This document shows, in pieces, positions 28,304 through 33,748 of a stretch of DNA of 33,748 nt (position 1 is the first letter of the stretch; each line of letters opens with the position of its first letter). The notes below the pieces were generated by a model. It saw nothing but the letters and a program-made list of their open reading frames with translations. It was not told where the DNA came from and searched no databases. The stretch is from a virus (Duplodnaviria; Caudoviricetes), in IMG/VR virus record IMGVR_UViG_3300027653_000374, positions 1 through 33,748 of that record. One strand, 5' to 3'. Made by a program: the position numbers and the translations under genes.

Positions 28304-29449
28304 TTAAATTAATTCCCTTTCTACTAAATATTGATTTAGTTCTTTACAATCTTTGTAATATATAGCGTTTACTATTCGATCCCATGAAGCTTTCATAAGC
28401 TTTTCTAAGCTGTTATGTAGAGTAAGCTCTACTAGCATATTACACATCTGAATAGTTGCTTTTATGGTATTGACTTTTAGCGTACCTCTGAATAATCTAA
28501 GCTCTACTGTTTTCCTATTTCTTAAATTTACTGCATAGTATCTCCCCGACTCTTTGGCTTGTTCCAGCAATTCTTTAGTGCAAAAATGTTCTCTATTTGG
28601 TCTCCTATATTCGTTTTGTTCCTGTAGGTAACTTCTTGCCCATTCTTGTAACTGTCCTTCAGTTCTACGTGCGAATATTCTAAACTTATCCCAATGTTTT
28701 TCTATTAACATTAATAATTTCTCTATATTGTCGTCCTGCACATCCCTATATTTTCCAAAAGCTTCTCTGCTTATATGCACATGGAGCCCACAAGTTCCAG
28801 CGTCATGTGACGTATAGCCGTTATCTATAGCTATCTCAGCTAATCTCTCCCAGTTTAGCTCTTTCATATGGTACTCTAGCGTACACGGATGAGTAACTAT
28901 CTCAAACCCATTATTTAGACTTCCGTCCTCTTTAAAGTATATCGCTTCATGTTCCATATTTTCAGCGGTTATTTCGTTGTTATCTCCGTTATCTATTTCT
29001 AGTTCTACTCCAAAATATCTTTCTTTTACCGATGTTCCAAAAAATTCTGTGTAAGGTTTATAGTCCCATGCTTGTATTAAACCCTCTGGTTTACAATAGT
29101 TATTATCACAATAGAATTCATCATATCTCTCACTGTAGTACATATAATCTCTGTCGCCTATGTCTCCGCAACTTTGACATGTTTCATAGTAATTGTCATA
29201 ACACGGTTGACATACTCCTTGAATCAATTCTGATGTAAACTCTAATTCATCACATGAACGGCATAATCTAGCTCCTTCATGCACACAATTCTCACAAACC
29301 AACGTATCCCGTATTACTTCCATGTAATCCGAATAGTCCACATTTTCACATCCAGCTACTTCACATTTGGTTATGTCATATTCGTTTATGTCCTCATTCG
29401 GTATTACATCCCCACATAGTAATTCTACTTCATTCATGTATACATTCAT
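28304..29449 (-). CDS. Amidoligase (COOH-NH2 ligase type 2) with a Cys-rich N-terminus
   Basis: FGVELE, EDGSL, GFEIV, CGLHVH, RY.AVN, TVELR; multiple CxxC pairs. Confidence 0.9.
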   Translation of the reverse strand: MNVYMNEVELLCGDVIPNEDINEYDITKCEVAGCENVDYSDYMEVIRDTLVCENCVHEGARLCRSCDELEFTSELIQGVCQPCYDNYYETCQSCGDIGDRDYMYYSERYDEFYCDNNYCKPEGLIQAWDYKPYTEFFGTSVKERYFGVELEIDNGDNNEITAENMEHEAIYFKEDGSLNNGFEIVTHPCTLEYHMKELNWERLAEIAIDNGYTSHDAGTCGLHVHISREAFGKYRDVQDDNIEKLLMLIEKHWDKFRIFARRTEGQLQEWARSYLQEQNEYRRPNREHFCTKELLEQAKESGRYYAVNLRNRKTVELRLFRGTLKVNTIKATIQMCNMLVELTLHNSLEKLMKASWDRIVNAIYYKDCKELNQYLVERELI

Positions 29450-29503
29450 CTCCTTATAAATTATTTAAGTAGTCAGCTATCATAACAACTGACTACTCAT
29501 TAT

Positions 29504-29551
29504 TTAACGTTTAGTTCCTCTATAATCAATGTAATTTTTACTTACCCTCAT
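29504..29551 (-). CDS. Possible 15-aa micropeptide MRVSKNYIDYRGTKR
   Basis: Strong GGGAGGG RBS at canonical spacing. Confidence 0.4.
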   Translation of the reverse strand: MRVSKNYIDYRGTKR

Positions 29552-29563
29552 ATTGTCCCTCCC

Positions 29564-29803
29564 TTATGCTATCCACTTGGACGGTGTTGTATTTGATACA
29601 TAGTATCTGTCCTTACTGTAGTACGGTTTTGTATTACATATATTTACATATTTCATGTCTGCTCTGTCTTTCAGCTTGTCATATACTTTTCTAGCTACTT
29701 CATAGCTATAACATTCAACTACAATTTTATTAATCTTGTCTTTGCTTTTCCCCCATCCACTCAAGAATGAATCTGTCGCAGTTACATAGTATTTTTTATT
29801 CAT
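29564..29803 (-). CDS. Conserved small early phage protein
   Basis: GGAGG RBS before ATG 29803; YVTATDSFLSGWG motif. Confidence 0.7.
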   Translation of the reverse strand: MNKKYYVTATDSFLSGWGKSKDKINKIVVECYSYEVARKVYDKLKDRADMKYVNICNTKPYYSKDRYYVSNTTPSKWIA

Positions 29804-29829
29804 TTGTTTTTCTCCTCCATAGTCATATT

Positions 29830-29940
29830 TTAAATAATGCCAAAGTAACAATATTCACAACTTCCATGATTCTGAACAAAGCTACTGTCATCATCTTCAC
29901 AACTGCATAAATCCTCATAGTTTGCGAATATGTCATCCAT
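29830..29940 (-). CDS. 36-aa acidic Cys-containing peptide (not in the ORF track)
   Basis: GGGAGGTG RBS; MDDIFANYEDLCSCEDDDSSFVQNHGSCEYCYFGII. Confidence 0.6.
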   Translation of the reverse strand: MDDIFANYEDLCSCEDDDSSFVQNHGSCEYCYFGII

Positions 29941-29943
29941 CTG

Positions 29944-30135
29944 CTACACCTCCCTAATTTCAAATTCATAATCTTTGTTGTTTTCATTCATGTATGTAAC
30001 ATAATCTTCCAGCTCTTCCCTTTGTTCTACGCTGTATAAAGTCATGTATACCCTGTTATTTACCAGCGCTCCGTTTGTAGAATCAAATGGCTTGAAGCGT
30101 GAATCTGTCTTTCTTCTTCCATATATCGCTAACAT
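29944..30135 (-). CDS. Hypothetical early protein
   Basis: GGAGGTG RBS. Confidence 0.7.
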   Translation of the reverse strand: MLAIYGRRKTDSRFKPFDSTNGALVNNRVYMTLYSVEQREELEDYVTYMNENNKDYEFEIREV

Positions 30136-30194
30136 TTTTACACCTCCATATAAGCTCTTTTTCAGTGCATAATTGACTAGTCAGTATATTGTCT

Positions 30195-30446
30195 TTAGAT
30201 ATGAGTATCTAATATCTTCACTAACTTATTAAATGTTTTTTGCTTTTCAGCTCTTTCAGTGATTAGCATAGACTTACTTATTTTTATTTGTTCCAGCTTA
30301 TTGTCTAAATCTGTTATGCTTATGTTATCATTTTCTATCAATGTTTTTACTTCATTTCTAAGTGTATCTATATTCTTTCCACACTCTTCTATACCTTCAT
30401 TTAATTCTTTAATATAGTCTAATAATTCCCTAACCATTTGTATCAA
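30195..30446 (-). CDS. Coiled-coil hypothetical early protein
   Basis: AAAGGG RBS; first ORF of the leftward early block. Confidence 0.6.
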   Translation of the reverse strand: MIQMVRELLDYIKELNEGIEECGKNIDTLRNEVKTLIENDNISITDLDNKLEQIKISKSMLITERAEKQKTFNKLVKILDTHI

Positions 30447-30996
30447 TCCCTTTCATATTTTATGTAAGTGACTGACTAGTCAACTATACACTGAAAATAA
30501 GTGTATAGTTAGGATTAGAATGTATTTATTATTGTATCTACTAGTACATACCCTTATCGTGTTTAACACGTCCAACCAGCCCGGTTTAACTGCATACCTT
30601 GCCTTACTTGGCGGGATTGTAAGCATTTCATGGTTTAATACGATACCAGCGGTACATTACTTACTTACTGCATACCATGTTATACGCTAACATATTACTG
30701 TCACCTATGTTTCACGGCATATTACAGAGGGTATTCCCTTTTTGGTATTGATATGGCGTTTAATCGCTTGACTTACTTGTTACTTGTCATATGGTATGGT
30801 ATGACTTGCAAGTCTGCTATATTCGATTGTTTCATGTTAGTTGAATTGCTTTTCATGATGTTATGGATTTGTTGCTAGTAAAAATTTGTTTTTACGCTTT
30901 GGAGAAATTTTTTTTTTAAATTTTACTTATATAACCATTCCTTTCCGTTGCCTTGGGTAGTCGACTGACTACTTGTGCGGCGCTTTGTTGATTCTT

Positions 30997-31025
30997 ATAC
31001 TACCGACTACTCAACTATATAGCAA
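30997..31025 (-). promoter_or_regulatory. Putative early sigma-A promoter with operator variant in the spacer
   Basis: TTGCTA-tatagtTGAGTAGTCGg(17 nt)-TAGTAT, same geometry as the promoter at 23085-23113. Confidence 0.6.
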
Positions 31026-31102
31026 CTCTCAAATAACGCCAAATAACGCTAAAAAAGACCAAATATCGTGAATTTTACATTTTATAAAAAAAATAAAAAA
31101 CA

Positions 31103-31350
31103 CGCTTAAACCATTGGTATGACTGGCTTTAAGCGTATCTAGCTAAAAATGACAATCTAATATTTCCATTGTTTTACTCTCTTTTGCTCATGTTTTCATT
31201 TTTAGTCATGCTATAAACGTTGATGTGACAAGGTTTATAGCATTTTAAAATTTTTTAAAACTTTTTTTATTTTAATTTTATAAAAACGGCTTGAACCATT
31301 GATATGACAAGGTTTATAGCTATTTTAAAATTTTTAAAGTTTTTTAAAAT
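31103..31350. repeat. Three imperfect palindromic repeats AAAC..TTG(A/G)T(A/G)TGAC..G.TTT
   Basis: Copies at about 31103-31135, 31208-31243 and 31289-31320; the last two share a TTTTAAAATTTTT tail. Confidence 0.7.
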
Positions 31351-31503
31351 ATTCTAGTGTTTAGTACATTTTTCTATGTTTTTCGGCTTATTCACTGAGT
31401 ATTATACAGACTCAACCGCCACTATGTGGGATCAATTTAATTATGAAGTTTTTTACAATAGAACAATTATTTCCTTGTAAGTGAAATGTAAAAATATGTA
31501 ATT

Positions 31504-31517
31504 AGAACGTGTGTTCT
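31504..31517. promoter_or_regulatory. LexA/DinR (Cheo) box
   Basis: AGAACGTGTGTTCT fits GAAC-RNRY-GTTC. Confidence 0.6.
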
Positions 31518-31685
31518 GCTTATTTTATAATAATGAAGGAATTATTTTACAGAAAATGGAAGCTGGATTATTTCGTAGTAAAATGATAGGAATTAAATGA
31601 AATGTACCAAAAAATGGGTATACCATAAAATGGAAGTAATCATAGTAACTTGATATGAATAATATTGTATGAATTTTTATTTATG

Positions 31686-31732
31686 GTACTACATATAGTA
31701 TGAGCTCACCTGTTCCCTACTACATATAGTGG
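31686..31732. promoter_or_regulatory. Tandem NrdR-like boxes
   Basis: gtaCTACATATAGtat and ctaCTACATATAGtgg, 31 bp apart. Confidence 0.6.
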
Positions 31733-31851
31733 TGGGGGACTCGAAAAGGAATCCTAGAATTTCGATGTAATTGGTAATTTACTAGCAACCACACTCATTT
31801 CTCCAGAAACTTTTTTTTTTAAAAGTAACCCTACCCTCCCCCGCCAGGAGG

Positions 31852-31883
31852 AAAATGGGTCCCTTATTTATAGGAACCCTATT
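31852..31883 (-). terminator. Terminator of the integrase operon
   Basis: Minus strand GGGTTCCT-loop-AGGGACCC-ATTTT just after the 236-aa ORF. Confidence 0.6.
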
Positions 31884-31888
31884 GTTCC

Positions 31889-32599
31889 TCACGTTTCTAA
31901 CCAAAGTGCTATATCATTATTTGTAGTATCCTCATCCACTTCTAGCATAAAGTTCTCCATCTCCGGTACAGCCACTATTAAAGTAGGCTTTAAATCATAA
32001 TCTTCTATAGTTTTAGTAGTGATTTTCTTTTGCAAGTCTTTTATTAACTCAAACCTACTTTGGTCAATCCTAGGGCGAATATGCTCTATAATATACATTT
32101 TCAAAGCTTTGCTGCGCTTTTTATCGCTCCAGACAATACAAACAGCTCCATGATCTTTCCATCCTGTCTGCCACTCTAAATAATAGTTCTCTCTCAGCTC
32201 CCTACAAAGTACCGTAAACACTCTGTTTACAGCATAGTATTCGATTAAATCCTTCTGCCCTATCTCATTTTCTTCGTAAGGAATACCCAGATAATCGTAA
32301 CCAAGATTACCTAGAGAATACATATAACCGAAACTATGACCCAAAGTAAATTTCTCCAGATAATCTTTAGCGACTAAATCTCTCAAGGTTTTATTAGCCA
32401 TATCAACAGTAGATTTATCTAAACGTGTTTCATCCCTATATACAGCTTCTGCTAAGTTGTCCCTTAACAATACTTTGAAATGGTACGCCATGTGTAGAGC
32501 CTCAGCTCCTCCGAAAGAGATATAGGGAAAACCGGGTAATGCTTGAGCTCTGTCTGTCCTCTTCGCCATTACTTCATTGTATGACTTAGTTAAATACAT
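31889..32599 (-). CDS. Winged-helix protein, Replic_Relax-like
   Basis: ANKTLRDLV..DYLEKF...YMYSLG..GYDYL winged-helix pattern; 2 bp downstream of the integrase. Confidence 0.5.
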   Translation of the reverse strand: MYLTKSYNEVMAKRTDRAQALPGFPYISFGGAEALHMAYHFKVLLRDNLAEAVYRDETRLDKSTVDMANKTLRDLVAKDYLEKFTLGHSFGYMYSLGNLGYDYLGIPYEENEIGQKDLIEYYAVNRVFTVLCRELRENYYLEWQTGWKDHGAVCIVWSDKKRSKALKMYIIEHIRPRIDQSRFELIKDLQKKITTKTIEDYDLKPTLIVAVPEMENFMLEVDEDTTNNDIALWLET

Positions 32600-32601
32600 A
32601 G

Positions 32602-33525
32602 TTATCTCCTCCTCCTTTTTGTTGTTTTTCGTTTAACTACTTCCTTAACTAATGTTGCTTCATTTAACCCTGTGTATAAATCTTCGATATCCCATGTAAC
32701 ATAACGCCTTGTCATTTCCAGTGTTGCGTGACCTAAAATCTTTTGTAAACGAAATAGATCGCCTCCACCACGTAAATAATTAATTGCAAACGTATGTCTA
32801 AATGCGTATGGATAAATAACGCCCTCATCAATACCTGCCTTGTTCGCTAATCTCCTAAGAGCTAGACCAAATGCGTGAGTAGTCATGACCTCACCCTCAT
32901 TATTGGGAAAAAGAAGCTCTCCTCCCCAGTCTCCCTTAATGGTAAGGTATCTATACATTTCTGGCTCCAAATCATCTGGAAGGGGTAAAATACGCATTTT
33001 TCTACTTTTTGCTACTTCTGTTCTTACTATAATGTGCGAATCCTTCCAGTCCTGCTCTTCTAAATAAATCAGTTCCGAAGGGCGTATTCCCGTACCCAAC
33101 ATAGTAAGAATCATAACATAGTTTCTTCTTCCTGTAAAACTGCTAACGTCTACTGCTCTTAAAAACTTATTTAATACTCTAAAAGGAATCTCTCTATTGT
33201 ATGAATCCTGTTCCCTAAATATTTTTACAGTCTTTAAAGGGCTCTCAAATTCGCTAGAGAGAAGATTGTCCTCTATCAAAGAGTTAAAATAAGCTCTTAG
33301 ATACCTAATTCTGATATTGACGGTAGTTTCAGAAAGACCTCTTTCAAATAGATGTTCAATAAATTCCATGATGTCTTGTTTAACTATTTCTTCTACCTCT
33401 ATATCCCCTAGAAAAACCATGAATTCTTTTAGGACGACATTGTAATCTCTAATCGTCCATTTTGACGCTTTTTCTGACTTCTTAGTCAGGATGATATACT
33501 TTAAACCTTCTGAAATTTTCATCAC
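32602..33525 (-). CDS. int: Tyrosine integrase/recombinase
   Basis: TGIRPSEL, K, YAFRHTFA, LGH, catalytic Y (TRRY); N-terminal SAM-like domain. Confidence 0.95.
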   Translation of the reverse strand: MMKISEGLKYIILTKKSEKASKWTIRDYNVVLKEFMVFLGDIEVEEIVKQDIMEFIEHLFERGLSETTVNIRIRYLRAYFNSLIEDNLLSSEFESPLKTVKIFREQDSYNREIPFRVLNKFLRAVDVSSFTGRRNYVMILTMLGTGIRPSELIYLEEQDWKDSHIIVRTEVAKSRKMRILPLPDDLEPEMYRYLTIKGDWGGELLFPNNEGEVMTTHAFGLALRRLANKAGIDEGVIYPYAFRHTFAINYLRGGGDLFRLQKILGHATLEMTRRYVTWDIEDLYTGLNEATLVKEVVKRKTTKRRRR

Positions 33526-33621
33526 AAAAACCTCCTTTTGGGAACATAGGATTCGACGTTCTACGTTCTTAATAAGGAGGGTTAAACCCTTACTGTATCA
33601 ATATTTAACATTTTTTAGGTA

Positions 33622-33668
33622 ACACAAGGATTTTCAGTCCTTTGCTCTACCGACTGAGCTATCGAGCC
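33622..33668 (-). pseudogene. trnF: 5' fragment of tRNA-Phe(GAA) at the prophage attachment junction
   Basis: GGCTCGATAGCTCAGTCGGTAGAGCAAAGGACTGAAAATCCTTGTGT, then no T arm or acceptor 3' strand. Confidence 0.9.
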
Positions 33669-33689
33669 GAAAAAATTCAAAAGGAAAAA

Positions 33690-33748
33690 TGGCGATCCGG
33701 ACGGGACTCGAACCCGCGACCTCCAGCGTGACAGGCTGGCATTCTAAC
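33690..33748 (-). tRNA. trnD: tRNA-Asp(GTC), 5' end cut by the window edge
   Basis: CCAGC-CTGTCAC-GCTGG anticodon arm, GGTTCGAGTCC T arm, CCA end. Confidence 0.95.

Noticed and set aside
31103-31350. Three spaced repeats as a mini-CRISPR array
   Set aside because: Repeats are divergent, spacing is irregular and the intervening DNA is low-complexity A/T
33541-33555. GAACATAGGATTCG as a LexA box upstream of int
   Set aside because: Second half-site and spacing do not fit GAAC-N4-GTTC
33622-33668. tRNA-Phe interrupted by a group I intron
   Set aside because: The break is after the variable region and is followed by an integrase gene; no intron core or 3' exon seen

Overview
Right-hand part of a temperate, probably podovirus-like prophage of a Bacillaceae-type host, running up to its junction with a host tRNA operon. 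Plus strand (1-8.9 kb): tail fibre C-terminus with an S74 chaperone, two holin-like genes, an Amidase_3 endolysin, then four probable internal-virion/ejection proteins (one with an M23 peptidase), ending at a bidirectional terminator. Minus strand (33.5 kb to 9.0 kb): tyrosine integrase, a 1.4 kb control region, small early genes, an amidoligase/RadC/GATase/GGCT cassette, a mirror-symmetric putative origin, and a replication/nucleotide module (SNF2 helicase, Cas4-like nuclease, AAA_24 ATPase, SSB, HNH-AP2, primase-helicase, PolA, dUTPases, methyltransferase, resolvase). Main observations: (1) a DnaG/TOPRIM primase fused to an MCM-type helicase, plus a head-to-head iteron/G-string element flanking an AT-rich core; (2) a palindromic operator TGACTA(G/C)TCA seen 11 times, twice (once as a near-variant) in the spacer of sigma-A promoters; (3) a LexA-like box and a tandem NrdR-like pair in the control region; (4) a tRNA-Phe left truncated at the integration junction. 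All calls come from reading motifs by eye; no searches were run.
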